Of a stretch of 64,000 nucleotides of DNA, positions 18,909 to 28,064 are shown in pieces. The notes under the pieces are model-generated. The model saw only the letters and a list, made by a program, of their open reading frames with translations, searched no databases and had not been told where the DNA came from. Position numbers and translations under genes: made by a program. The stretch is from Bdellovibrionales bacterium (GTDB taxonomy: Bacteria > Bdellovibrionota > Bdellovibrionia > Bdellovibrionales > JAGQZY01): positions 704,001-768,000 of the forward strand of contig CAXRHT010000002.1 of NCBI GenBank assembly GCA_964230645.1, written 5' to 3'. Every line of letters begins with the position of its first letter. The first letter of the stretch is position 1.

Positions 18909-19732
18909 ACATTCCCTCCACCATTTTTACTATCAATATGTATACTTTTTGCATTGCGCGGACGTATCAGCGAGCGACGATCAGTGGGAAATGTAAAGCC
19001 AATGAGAGTTTGTTTGTTTTTCTGAACGCCTATTACCATTGAAGAGGCAAACTCAAACATTAAAAATGAGCCAATTCCAGCCCCCCCTTCATCATCCAAT
19101 TGGATAGAGTTACGAACACCATTGGTAAGGCAATGAGAGATTCTCTCTAGGAATTTTTTAACATCGAGAGTCCCGAAAGAGTCACGACAGCACACAAAAA
19201 TTTGGTCCTGATTGATTCCAATACTGATGGACGCCTCCTGCTCCTTGGTTAGAGGAATCGCATCAGTGCGGGAGCGATTAGCCTTTAAAGTTTCTGGCGA
19301 ATTGAAAATCACGTTTGTAAAAAGCTCATCCGCAACAAGCATAATTCGATCAATGAGCAAAGAAGATAAACGCCTTTTTTTCATAGAGTCGTCAATATTC
19401 ATAAGAAAACTTTTTTTCTCTTCAAGACTGCTAAATTTTTCTTTAAAGAGGATTAGTTCTTCTTCATTCTCAGCACTAATTTTTTCCGGAGTTAGAATGG
19501 TTGAGAGCGGATAATTGTACAAGTGTTCGGGATTATCTAGTATTTGGCATCCAGCCTTTAGTGCCACCTGAAAAAATTCGGACTCTGCTTGCACGACATG
19601 TCTTGTTTTCTTGGTTTTTAACAGATCGAAAACCACCTCTGGTGTAAGGCCGTGGCCTAGAGTTACACGATCATTCTTAAGATCTGCCAAGCTGTTATTA
19701 TGAACAATCTGTACTTTTTCTTCACTCTCCAT
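18905..19732 (-). CDS. RsbW/SpoIIAB-like HATPase (anti-sigma-type kinase) domain protein
   Basis: N-box VADELFTNVIFN, CRDSFG, G-box GGAGIG. Confidence 0.7.
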   Translation of the reverse strand: MESEEKVQIVHNNSLADLKNDRVTLGHGLTPEVVFDLLKTKKTRHVVQAESEFFQVALKAGCQILDNPEHLYNYPLSTILTPEKISAENEEELILFKEKFSSLEEKKSFLMNIDDSMKKRRLSSLLIDRIMLVADELFTNVIFNSPETLKANRSRTDAIPLTKEQEASISIGINQDQIFVCCRDSFGTLDVKKFLERISHCLTNGVRNSIQLDDEGGAGIGSFLMFEFASSMVIGVQKNKQTLIGFTFPTDRRSLIRPRNAKSIHIDSKNGGGNV

Positions 19733-19902
19733 GCAACGGACTCCTTAAAACTTCATTATCAACGAGGACTTAAATGATAATGCAGGTTTTCTATAAAAAA
19801 TAGCACTAGGTCGAGCCCATACTAAAATGAGTCAGTTCTTATTTCATTCCTGGGCGTTCTGACGTATGCTGAGACAAATACAGCAAAGTTTTGGGATTTT
19901 TC

Positions 19903-20406
19903 ATGAGTGATTTCAGCTATGACTTAAAAAGGGAAAAAGGAAGTATTTCTCATCTGAAACTAAGGGGTTTCTTGAATGAAAACTGCACTCTCCCCGACCC
20001 CGATCTTTTCTCCAAAACCAAAGAGCTCTATATTGATTTTTTCGAATGCCTTTACATGAATTCATCGGGTGTAAAAAAATGGCTTATTTTTTGTGATCAA
20101 CTCAATAAATTTGAACAACTTGAAACAGTTTTTCAGAAGTGTCCGATCATGTTCATTGAACTTGTTCAATTAATTGAAGGCCTTTTACCCAATAAAGCTC
20201 GGATTGAATCAATTTCAGTACCTCTTTATTGCACAAAATGTGAAGAAGAGTTTAATGTCATTAAATCCGCTCGTTACTGCGAGGAGAACATCGATAGCCT
20301 TATCTATGATCTCAAAGAATTAGGATGCAATTGCGCCTCCACTAACAAATCCAATATCGAAATTGATTGTTCCACCGAAATCTTTAATAACCTTCCTAAA
20401 AAATAG
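19903..20406 (+). CDS. STAS-like protein with Zn ribbon
   Basis: LRGFLNE, IDF..YMNSSGVKKW (STAS Ser motif), LYCTKCEEE, CNC. Confidence 0.68.
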   Translation: MSDFSYDLKREKGSISHLKLRGFLNENCTLPDPDLFSKTKELYIDFFECLYMNSSGVKKWLIFCDQLNKFEQLETVFQKCPIMFIELVQLIEGLLPNKARIESISVPLYCTKCEEEFNVIKSARYCEENIDSLIYDLKELGCNCASTNKSNIEIDCSTEIFNNLPKK

Positions 20407-20426
20407 ATTAAAAAATACAAACATTA

Positions 20427-21566
20427 CTAATTGGGATGAACATGAGAGTTCACCTCTAATGTTTTACGATATCGACTGGGTGTGGTGTTAGTGACTTTCT
20501 TAAAAGCCGTGTTAAATGACGATTTCGACTTGAAGCCTGCTGAATAGGCCAAGTCTAAAATGTTGTAGTCCTTATAGGCTGGGTCTGTCATTTTATCTTT
20601 AATATCTTCGACTCGGCACGAATTAACATACTCGAAATAATTAGTATTCAAGCCAAAGCGCAGAGTTTGAGTCAATAAATAATTAGGCACTTTCAATTCT
20701 TTTGCTAACTTGTCTAGACTCAATTCAGGCTCGCGATAAAGTTGTTTTTCATTCATCAGTTTCTGAAGTTGAATTGCTAATCGTGAGAGCCTTTCTTCGT
20801 CGATACTACTTTCTTTGTACTTTTCAGTGATCTCATCTTTGCTCTCTGGCTCAACTTCTTCAGCGAAAACAAGATAATTCATTCGAAAAGCTTCAAAAAA
20901 GTTACTCAAATAGAGTACCGGTACAAAAAATTTGACCGTAAATGGTAACAGGAGCATCTCTGTACTCGAAGCTATAATAGTAAATATTAGGCCGAACACT
21001 AAGAAAATATCTCTAGAGCTCTTTTGGATTCTAATTAAAATAACCGTTGCTAATAATATATTAAGCGCACTTGAAAGAGAAAGGATTATATGGGGAAACA
21101 TCTGGGCTTGCCCAAGCCTCAATGTGTAAGAGTTCATAAAGAAATTGCCTGTATCAATTTTAGCAGTTTCATCGAAAAAAATGGAGTCACCATAAGCAAT
21201 TAAATGAATGATCGGCAGAAAGGACAGAACGGCTAAGATGATCTGGCCAGAGTAGAAGAATCGTTTAAGCCATCTTGGCACAATAATAAAATAGGACATG
21301 GATTTGAGATAAAAAATAGGACACAAAAAAACGACCGGGAACAAGGCTTCTCCGTAGTACTTAAAAACCTCAAGAGGTAAACTTCGTGTGTGAGCCATGG
21401 ACTGAGACATAGCAAACCACCCTGTGAATAAACAGAATAGGGCCAAGTCTCTAGAACGGTTGTCCTTATTTTTTAAAAATAAACGGACCTGCCCACCCGT
21501 TAGCGCGAACATGGTAAAGCCACACAGTAGTGTAAACCCTGGCACGACGACTATTAAAAATTCCAT
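20427..21566 (-). CDS. Membrane-anchored AraC family transcriptional regulator
   Basis: ~7 TM N-terminus; C-terminal LYREPELSLDKLA..YVNSCRV..AGFKSKSSFNTAFKK..TPSRYR. Confidence 0.9.
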   Translation of the reverse strand: MEFLIVVVPGFTLLCGFTMFALTGGQVRLFLKNKDNRSRDLALFCLFTGWFAMSQSMAHTRSLPLEVFKYYGEALFPVVFLCPIFYLKSMSYFIIVPRWLKRFFYSGQIILAVLSFLPIIHLIAYGDSIFFDETAKIDTGNFFMNSYTLRLGQAQMFPHIILSLSSALNILLATVILIRIQKSSRDIFLVFGLIFTIIASSTEMLLLPFTVKFFVPVLYLSNFFEAFRMNYLVFAEEVEPESKDEITEKYKESSIDEERLSRLAIQLQKLMNEKQLYREPELSLDKLAKELKVPNYLLTQTLRFGLNTNYFEYVNSCRVEDIKDKMTDPAYKDYNILDLAYSAGFKSKSSFNTAFKKVTNTTPSRYRKTLEVNSHVHPN

Positions 21567-21754
21567 TATTTATTCCTGACAGCCAATAATAATAATGGCA
21601 ACCAGCAAGTTTCAATTTTGGTATTTAATTCTTATTTTTCTCGCTAACTAAACTTTGATTATTTATTTTTCCGTAAAAATCGAATTCTTTTCTTGAAAAA
21701 ATCGAAAGACATTCACACTCCCCAAAAAACAAGAGTCGATCGCCTTTAACTTAG

Positions 21755-22241
21755 TGTCCTCCTGAGTAGAAAACCCAATGTCTTCCCGAATGGAAAACCC
21801 AATGTCTTCCCGAATGGAAAACCCAATGTCCTCCCGAATGGAAAACCCAATGTCCTCCCGAATGGAAAACCCAATGGTCGCACTGAGCGTAAAACCCCAT
21901 GTCGTCCTGAGTGGAAACCCCATGTCGTCCTGAGTGGAAACCCCATGTCGTCCTGAGGCGAAGCCGAAGGACCTAAGAGCTCGGTCAAAGTCCTCGCATA
22001 CCGTGCCCCCTGTTTGTGTCTCACCATGCAGGGGAAAACACCTTACCTTACAAGAGTCCTTGTTAGAATTATTATAAATTGAGCCATGTGGATCGTGGTG
22101 CTCGAACGAGTTTCCTAAGGTCCTTCGGCTTCGCCTCAGGACGACAATGTACTTGCAGGACGGCAATACGCTTTCAGAAAGACAATACGCTTTCAGAAAG
22201 ACAATATGCTTTCAGAAAGACAATATGCTTTCAGAACGACA
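21755..22241. repeat. REP-like palindromic element: 29-bp inverted arms flanked on both sides by tandem arrays
   Basis: Arm TGTCGTCCTGAGGCGAAGCCGAAGGACCT at 21946-21974 and its exact reverse complement at 22118-22146. Eight 23-25-bp units at 21755-21945 and five 19-bp units at 22147-22241. Confidence 0.9.
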
Positions 22242-22410
22242 TTGAGCTTTCCATAATCTAGCACCTAGAAAAAGAAAGAGGGGCATAGCTGATAAATCCT
22301 TAAACAGTCATGCAAACTTTTCAGCCACCGGGTCACTTTGCCCCCATTGCCCCACTATCTGTGATAAATTCTAGATCTTGAAATAAAATAAAAAATGGAG
22401 CCATAGTCTT

Positions 22411-22857
22411 ATGAAAAAGCTTTTGTGTTTTATCTTAGTCTTTCACGTCTCAAGTGTTTTTGCCAAAGACGTCACAGTTCTTGATAACTTAATTCCCGAT
22501 CATCCAGGTCTCAGTCGGATCGTGATGAGTATCATCCTTAGCCATGACGGGAGGTCCCAAGCGAACGATGTTCAGCTAGGGGAAGGGCTTTGCAAATCCG
22601 CGAGTGGAATTAATTGTTCTTCTGTTAATAGTTTGGGTGAAGGCATCTGTAAGGCGGCCAAAGGAATTAATTGTGGTTCCGTGAATAGTCTTGGCGAAGG
22701 AATCTGCAAAGCGGCCAAAGGTATCAATTGTAGCTCTGTGAATAACCTTGGTGAAGGGGTATGCAAAGCGGCTAAGGGCATCAACTGTAGTTCTGTCGAC
22801 AGTCTTGGAGAAGGACTTTGCAAAGCCTCAAAAGGTATTAACTGTAGCAGTATATAA
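22411..22857 (+). CDS. Secreted Cys-rich tandem-repeat protein
   Basis: Signal peptide MKKLLCFILVFHVSSVFA; five 19-aa repeats xLGEG[LIV]CKAAKGINCSSV[ND] with synonymous divergence. Confidence 0.85.
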   Translation: MKKLLCFILVFHVSSVFAKDVTVLDNLIPDHPGLSRIVMSIILSHDGRSQANDVQLGEGLCKSASGINCSSVNSLGEGICKAAKGINCGSVNSLGEGICKAAKGINCSSVNNLGEGVCKAAKGINCSSVDSLGEGLCKASKGINCSSI

Positions 22858-22894
22858 ACAGCTCCTCACAACAAGGAATCTTAGAAGCCTCCTT

Positions 22895-23035
22895 ATTCCT
22901 ATGATCGTGGGAATCAATATCAAAATGACCCGATTCCTAGGAGAAAGTCGAGATGATTCCTATGTTCGTAGGAATTTTTTGCATTTTTAAGATTTCAGCC
23001 TTATCTTTTAAGAGTATTCACACGATCATAGGAAA
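22895..23035. promoter_or_regulatory. Three palindromic operator sites upstream of hipBA
   Basis: ATTCCTATGATCGTGGGAAT (22895-22914), ATTCCTATGTTCGTAGGAAT (22956-22975), ATTCACACGATCATAGGAAA (23016-23035); spacing 61 and 60 bp. Confidence 0.72.
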
Positions 23036-23042
23036 AATACTC

Positions 23043-23279
23043 ATGAGCACGAAAACTTCAAAAGCCTTTAAAACTCTTGCAGAGCACCTAAGAGCAGAGC
23101 GAAAGTCCCAAGACCTTTCTCAAACTCAACTGGCCCAACTCTCTCAAGTCAGCCTTAATTTTCTAAGCCAGCTTGAAAGTGGCAAGAGCACTGTTCAACT
23201 GGATAAAGTACTACAAGTCATGAACACTCTTGGACTGGAATTCAAAATCCAGTACGGCAAAAATGGGATCAGCCAATGA
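23043..23279 (+). CDS. hipB: HipB-like Xre HTH antitoxin
   Basis: LRAERKSQDLSQTQLAQLSQVSLNFLSQLESGK..VQLDKVLQV. ATGA overlap with hipA; start moved to ATG 23043. Confidence 0.85.
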   Translation: MSTKTSKAFKTLAEHLRAERKSQDLSQTQLAQLSQVSLNFLSQLESGKSTVQLDKVLQVMNTLGLEFKIQYGKNGISQ

Positions 23280-24502
23280 CTCAGCCGACTTCCAAAGATA
23301 TCAAACATATTGCGGAGCTAGAAATTTTTCGAGGCTCAAAGTCCGTCGCCCATCTACGAAGGACCAAACAGGGCTGTGAACTTGAGTTAAGTGACGAGTT
23401 TCTAGAGGATTCCTCCTTTAAGCACCTCACCTACACCATTGGCAAAAATAGAAAAGTCATCCAACATCGCGGAGTGAATCTTCCCGCCTTTTTTGCGGGT
23501 CTGCTTCCAGAAGGCCTGCGCTTAAAAGCTTTAGTGAGTGAATTAAAAACTTCTGAAGATGACCTCTTCTCTATTTTAGCTGCCACCGGCGAGCACACCG
23601 TGGGCGACATTTACACTCTGGCAAAACCTTTTGAGCGTTCTCCCCTTAAAACTCTCGCAGTTAAAGAAGTGGACTTCTATCAACTCTTTGAAGAGGACAT
23701 TAGCAAAGGTTTTCGCACAAGAGGAGAAGAAGGTCTCTCTGGAGTGCAAGAAAAAATCTCAGCCTCGATGATTAGTTTTCCCGTCAATGTGGCCAAAAAA
23801 AACAAATCCTATATTTTAAAACTCAATCCAAAAGATAAGCCCAACTTAACGTCCAATGAGTCCCAATGCCTTAAACTGGCTAAAAAATGTGGCCTAAAAG
23901 TCAACAACGCAAAAATCGTTTACGATAAGAACAAGAACCCAGGCCTTCTTGTCGAGCGCTTTGACCGTGTGGAAAAAAATGGAACACCAATAAAAGTGCA
24001 TCAAGAGGACGCTTGCCAATTTCTTAATCGCTACCCGGCTGACAAATACCGACTTTCCTTTCAAGAAATTGCTAAAGGCATCGAAGAGATTGCAACCGCT
24101 CCAAAAATTGAACTCCTCAAGCTTCTCCAACTCTATGTATTTTCCTATCTAATCGGCAATGGCGATTTGCATGCAAAAAACATCAGCCTACAAACAGATT
24201 TAAACACCGGTAGAATCCAGTTAACCCCAGCCTATGATCTCATTTGTACCTATATCTACAAGGACCGCAAGATGGCCCTAAAACTCAATGGCCGTGATGA
24301 TGAGTTTAAAAGAGAGGCTTTTTTAACATGGGGTGAAAACTTTGGGCTTACTAAAAGTGTGGTCAATAATATGATTGATGACTTAGTTGAGCGTCTTAAG
24401 AAAAACCAAGCTCTCCTCTTTTCGATAGCTAACTTATCCGAAAAAGACCGAAGCCTGGTCGAAAAAATGTTAAAATCTCGCATGGAAAAGCTCGACCAAT
24501 AA
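23276..24502 (+). CDS. hipA: HipA family Ser/Thr kinase toxin
   Basis: LPAFFAGLLPEG, LSGVQEK, LLVERFDR, HQEDACQ, IGNGDLHAKNIS, LTPAYD. Confidence 0.93.
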   Translation: MTQPTSKDIKHIAELEIFRGSKSVAHLRRTKQGCELELSDEFLEDSSFKHLTYTIGKNRKVIQHRGVNLPAFFAGLLPEGLRLKALVSELKTSEDDLFSILAATGEHTVGDIYTLAKPFERSPLKTLAVKEVDFYQLFEEDISKGFRTRGEEGLSGVQEKISASMISFPVNVAKKNKSYILKLNPKDKPNLTSNESQCLKLAKKCGLKVNNAKIVYDKNKNPGLLVERFDRVEKNGTPIKVHQEDACQFLNRYPADKYRLSFQEIAKGIEEIATAPKIELLKLLQLYVFSYLIGNGDLHAKNISLQTDLNTGRIQLTPAYDLICTYIYKDRKMALKLNGRDDEFKREAFLTWGENFGLTKSVVNNMIDDLVERLKKNQALLFSIANLSEKDRSLVEKMLKSRMEKLDQ

Positions 24503-24576
24503 AATATTGTTGGAGCCAAAATTCAGGTAGCTTTACCAAAGGACTAACGAACTAAACTTCGAGGCCGACGCAGATT

Positions 24577-24873
24577 TCAAACTGGCTTATCCTCATGGGA
24601 AATGACTCGGCCTAATGCTCGACTCACCTGCGCCGAATCTCTATAAGTTTGCTCTGGTAGTCTTTCGATAAGACGAGTCAGGGCATGGTCTTCTAAAACG
24701 GGGGCGTGATTGATCAAATCTTTTTTCTTCGCTGGATACTTAATGCCTTGGAGGTGCCCCTGAAGATCAGCGGCCGAAAGGGCTTTCTCGGGGTGAGAGG
24801 ATTCTTTATGTTGTTCGAGTTTGGACTTTTGCTGAAACCCTAGATCACAGATTTTACATTTAAATTGAGCCAT
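24577..24873 (-). CDS. C2H2 zinc finger + DUF2795-like domain protein
   Basis: From ATG 24873: FKCKICDLGFQQKSKLEQHKESSH, then LQGIKYPAKKKDLINHA..LPEQTYRDSAQV. Confidence 0.78.
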   Translation of the reverse strand: MAQFKCKICDLGFQQKSKLEQHKESSHPEKALSAADLQGHLQGIKYPAKKKDLINHAPVLEDHALTRLIERLPEQTYRDSAQVSRALGRVISHEDKPV

Positions 24874-24874
24874 T

Positions 24875-25876
24875 TTAGCGTACCTCCCCGAGGCCTTTTT
24901 GCACATCGGCCATGGTTTTGTAGTTTCGATCCGGTAAGTTTTTAATGATTTTAACAATATCATCATTTCGACTGTTCTCTTTTGCGTAGCTGACAAGACC
25001 GCTTTTACGACGAGGCAGGTTAATACCCTTAAGAGCTTTCGCTACGCCAGAGGCAGAGTCCGTTTTTTGAGCCTTGACTCCCCCAATCCGTCCTCCCTTG
25101 GTCCTACTATTCTCTGGCGATTCACTCTTCATATCATGATCGGCTTTAGCAAAACGCCCCTTCTCCAGGGACTCCATGGGCCATTGAGCCTTAGACATTT
25201 TAAGAGATTTGAACAGACTAGAACGTCCCGTCACATTCACCTCATGAGCTTTCAAATCCGAATGAGCTCCTATAAGAAGAAACTGCGCATTTTCGTAATT
25301 GAGAAACTTAGGGTCTTCTATCGAGAGCCAACGTTTTTCGGCAAACTTTTTTTCCAGACTTTTAGGAAAGCCAGGATCTTCATCACTGAAACCTGGGGTT
25401 TTAACTTCAGGATTTTTTACAGAAATTATATAGGACGCCTCAGACAAGATATTGAGCTCTTTTTGCACTTTACCGGTCCTCTCAGGACGGTCCAATTTGT
25501 AAGCTAGCTCGGTGGAGCCTTCTTTTTTGAATATATGGTATCGCCCCGTTCCCGCACAAATCGCACCAGGCTCGGTTCTGAGACCCTTGGTTTTTGTTTT
25601 GTAGGAGATGGGTTTAAGTGCCTGAAGCATCTTCTCGGAGCTCTGTCGACTTTCATTCCTCATCCACTCTTTGGCAGCGCTCTTACTCTTCCCTTTTTGA
25701 ATTTGAGGCATTTTCTTTTTTCCGACAAGAAAAAGTCGTGCTTGGGAGTCTTCATCTGGATTGAGAACCAGATAGAACCGCGCGATATCTTCAATTGAAG
25801 ATCCTTTTACAGTATCAACCTTGTAGCGATAGAAGAAATAAATATCACCTTTCTCTACGGATTGGATTCTTGCCAT
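24875..25876 (-). CDS. Conserved hypothetical protein with C-terminal DUF2795-like domain
   Basis: VEKGDIYFFYR N-terminus, KGGRIGG linker, C-terminal LKGINLP..LVSYA..LPDRNYKTMADV. GGAGG SD. Confidence 0.75.
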   Translation of the reverse strand: MARIQSVEKGDIYFFYRYKVDTVKGSSIEDIARFYLVLNPDEDSQARLFLVGKKKMPQIQKGKSKSAAKEWMRNESRQSSEKMLQALKPISYKTKTKGLRTEPGAICAGTGRYHIFKKEGSTELAYKLDRPERTGKVQKELNILSEASYIISVKNPEVKTPGFSDEDPGFPKSLEKKFAEKRWLSIEDPKFLNYENAQFLLIGAHSDLKAHEVNVTGRSSLFKSLKMSKAQWPMESLEKGRFAKADHDMKSESPENSRTKGGRIGGVKAQKTDSASGVAKALKGINLPRRKSGLVSYAKENSRNDDIVKIIKNLPDRNYKTMADVQKGLGEVR

Positions 25877-26023
25877 TATGAACCTCCTTAGTTGTTGACT
25901 GTGATTTCCTGAGCTTAGAGTTTTTAAAGGGAAAATTCATATCAGACTCATGTTGATAATTTGAATTATTCTAAAAGGCTTGCGGAATTCTAAAATCCCA
26001 CGATGCGAGATCCTCTTTTCAAT

Positions 26024-26054
26024 AAAAAAAGGGCTGATGGATATCAGCCCTTTT
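26024..26054 (-). terminator. Intrinsic terminator-like hairpin in a divergent intergenic region
   Basis: AAAAGGGCTGAT-ggat-ATCAGCCCTTTT with an A7 run on the left, giving a T7 tail on the minus strand. Confidence 0.65.
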
Positions 26055-26408
26055 CGTCGTCAAGTTAGACTAATCTCATTACAATCAAGCAATGAGTAGT
26101 CAACCTAACTAATTCGTAAAACCATGTCGGTCTTACTTTTTTTAAAAATGATTAGTTGCTCAAAATTTAAATTTTGATCCTAGATCATTTTCAAAAGGAA
26201 GTTTTGTTTATCATGCTCGCTTTCTTCCTTTCGAGCACCTTCACTATAACCAAAAATATGATGGAATTCTTTACTCTATATTTTATTAAATGTGTAAAGG
26301 TATTCAAAACCTCTTTGACTCGACAGTTTCCGAAATAATTCTTCCAAAAGTTGATTCGATAAAATAGAAATAGGAAATAGACGAATTTAGATCTTCGCCG
26401 GGATTAAT

Positions 26409-27008
26409 ATGGTCGACTACTTAAACTTCATTTTATCCAATTATGGTTTTATCGCTCTATTCCTGCTGATGTTTGCAGAACATCTGTTTCCTCCAATCCC
26501 CTCTGAGATTATTTTGCCTCTAGCGGGTTATAATCTCGCTCTCGGACATGGTAACACTTGGACTTATCTCTCTCTTGCCACACTGGGCTCTTTTTTAGGA
26601 ACAACAGCCTGGTACCTTGTGGGCTTGAAACTAGGGGAAAAGAGACTCAAAAATTGGACCTCTCGCCATGGACGCTGGACCGGGCTTACGACAAGAGACA
26701 TTGAAAGGTCCTCACGCCTTTTTAAAAAGCATGGAGGCAGCGCTCTTTTCTTTTCAAGACTAATTCCCACATTGCGCACTTATATCTCTGTGCCTGCTGG
26801 CCTCCACCTCTATCCCTTTTGGAAGTACAGCATCTACACTCTCCTTGGGACCATTTTTTGGAATAGTATTTTGCTGACACTTGGCTACACCTTGAAGACG
26901 AATTTTCAGGAGGTTTCTGATTGGCTAGGCCCGGTTAGTTATTTTGTGGTTGGAAGCCTACTGCTACTCTATGCCTTCCGACTCCTAAGCCCCTCAAAAA
27001 GCTATTAG
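26409..27008 (+). CDS. DedA family membrane protein
   Basis: EHLFPPIPSEIILPLAG, FFSRLIPTLRTYISVPAG. Confidence 0.92.
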   Translation: MVDYLNFILSNYGFIALFLLMFAEHLFPPIPSEIILPLAGYNLALGHGNTWTYLSLATLGSFLGTTAWYLVGLKLGEKRLKNWTSRHGRWTGLTTRDIERSSRLFKKHGGSALFFSRLIPTLRTYISVPAGLHLYPFWKYSIYTLLGTIFWNSILLTLGYTLKTNFQEVSDWLGPVSYFVVGSLLLLYAFRLLSPSKSY

Positions 27009-27114
27009 TGCTGCCGCCTAAGGCCTCAGGAATATTCAGCGCATCTCATTTGAATATCTTACATTTTGATGCTGAGACTTGGACGAACTATTAGATCTCA
27101 ACTATCTAGCACTC

Positions 27115-27924
27115 ATGACAAAAAAATGGACCTATCATTTTATATTTTTTCTGTTTTTACAGTTTTTCTTTTTAGATATAGCGAGAAGTCAAAGTTGTGA
27201 CCTTATTTTTCAAGATCACACCTCTTCGCTGGTTAAAAAAGAATTACAAATTCTGCAGAAACTGAATTCAAGCTTGGTCACTCGATATTACTCCTCTTCT
27301 CAACATCCCGACTTATTGAGCCTTTATCTTTTGTTGAAATCAGAAGCCTGGCTTTATCTACCTCAAGGGCTCGTGCCTTGGAAAAATACGCCCGAACTTC
27401 CTCAAAGCGTGATCCGCAATATCAAAGAGAACTCGCCTCAAGTTTATGAATTGGAAAATCTTGAGAATAAAGATTTTTATTTGTTCTACGCCAATGCCTT
27501 GCAGGGACGCTATCTAAAAGTTTTACAGTTAATCCGAACTCAATCGATCCGAGCGGAATTGGAAAACCTTAATCCCGAAGCCCGTGAGTTTCTAGAGCTT
27601 GTTTTCGATGACCTTATGAGCACGGATTTAGGTAGACCGGAAACTCCTCCCGACCGAGCTCAAGAAGCTTTCAATGAATATGTGCAAACCGATTTTCCTT
27701 GGGAGGTATTTCAGAGTTTAGCACTGCGTTTTTTTGATCAATCCGATGAGCTTTCTCCTCAAGAGTGGCTGAAACTACAGCCGGAACAAGAGGTTCTCAA
27801 CGAACAACAAATGAGACTATTTGAAAGAAATATCAATCAAGAGCGAGACAGAAGACGATACTGCTGTTTAACAAACCCAGGCTGTATGTTTTGCCCTAAC
27901 AATCGTCATTTTTTAAGAGACTGA
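27115..27924 (+). CDS. Hypothetical exported protein with a C-terminal Cys cluster
   Basis: Hydrophobic N-terminus; ends RRYCCLTNPGCMFCPNNR. Confidence 0.65.
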   Translation: MTKKWTYHFIFFLFLQFFFLDIARSQSCDLIFQDHTSSLVKKELQILQKLNSSLVTRYYSSSQHPDLLSLYLLLKSEAWLYLPQGLVPWKNTPELPQSVIRNIKENSPQVYELENLENKDFYLFYANALQGRYLKVLQLIRTQSIRAELENLNPEAREFLELVFDDLMSTDLGRPETPPDRAQEAFNEYVQTDFPWEVFQSLALRFFDQSDELSPQEWLKLQPEQEVLNEQQMRLFERNINQERDRRRYCCLTNPGCMFCPNNRHFLRD

Positions 27925-28064
27925 CCCTTTGTCAAAATTTATTCATTTGACCTCTGAATTCAATTCTAAGGATTGTTCTTAAAATTAGTTCCTATATAGC
28001 TTCCAATGAGGGCCTTTCTATTGTAAGTGTTCGGCCATTGCATATTTGTGGGGCGGGAGTTTCT

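Noticed and set aside
21755..22241. CRISPR array
   Set aside because: The units are contiguous tandem repeats without unique spacers, and no cas genes are in the window.
21663..22261. ORFs 21663..22166, 21746..22027 and 22079..22261
   Set aside because: They are translations of the tandem and palindromic repeats in several frames, with no protein-like features.
22953..23042. Longer N-terminus of hipB
   Set aside because: It runs through the operator palindromes; ATG 23043 gives a typical ~78-aa HTH.
22411..25876. Prophage or integrative element around hipBA
   Set aside because: No integrase, transposase, phage genes or att-like direct repeats were recognised.
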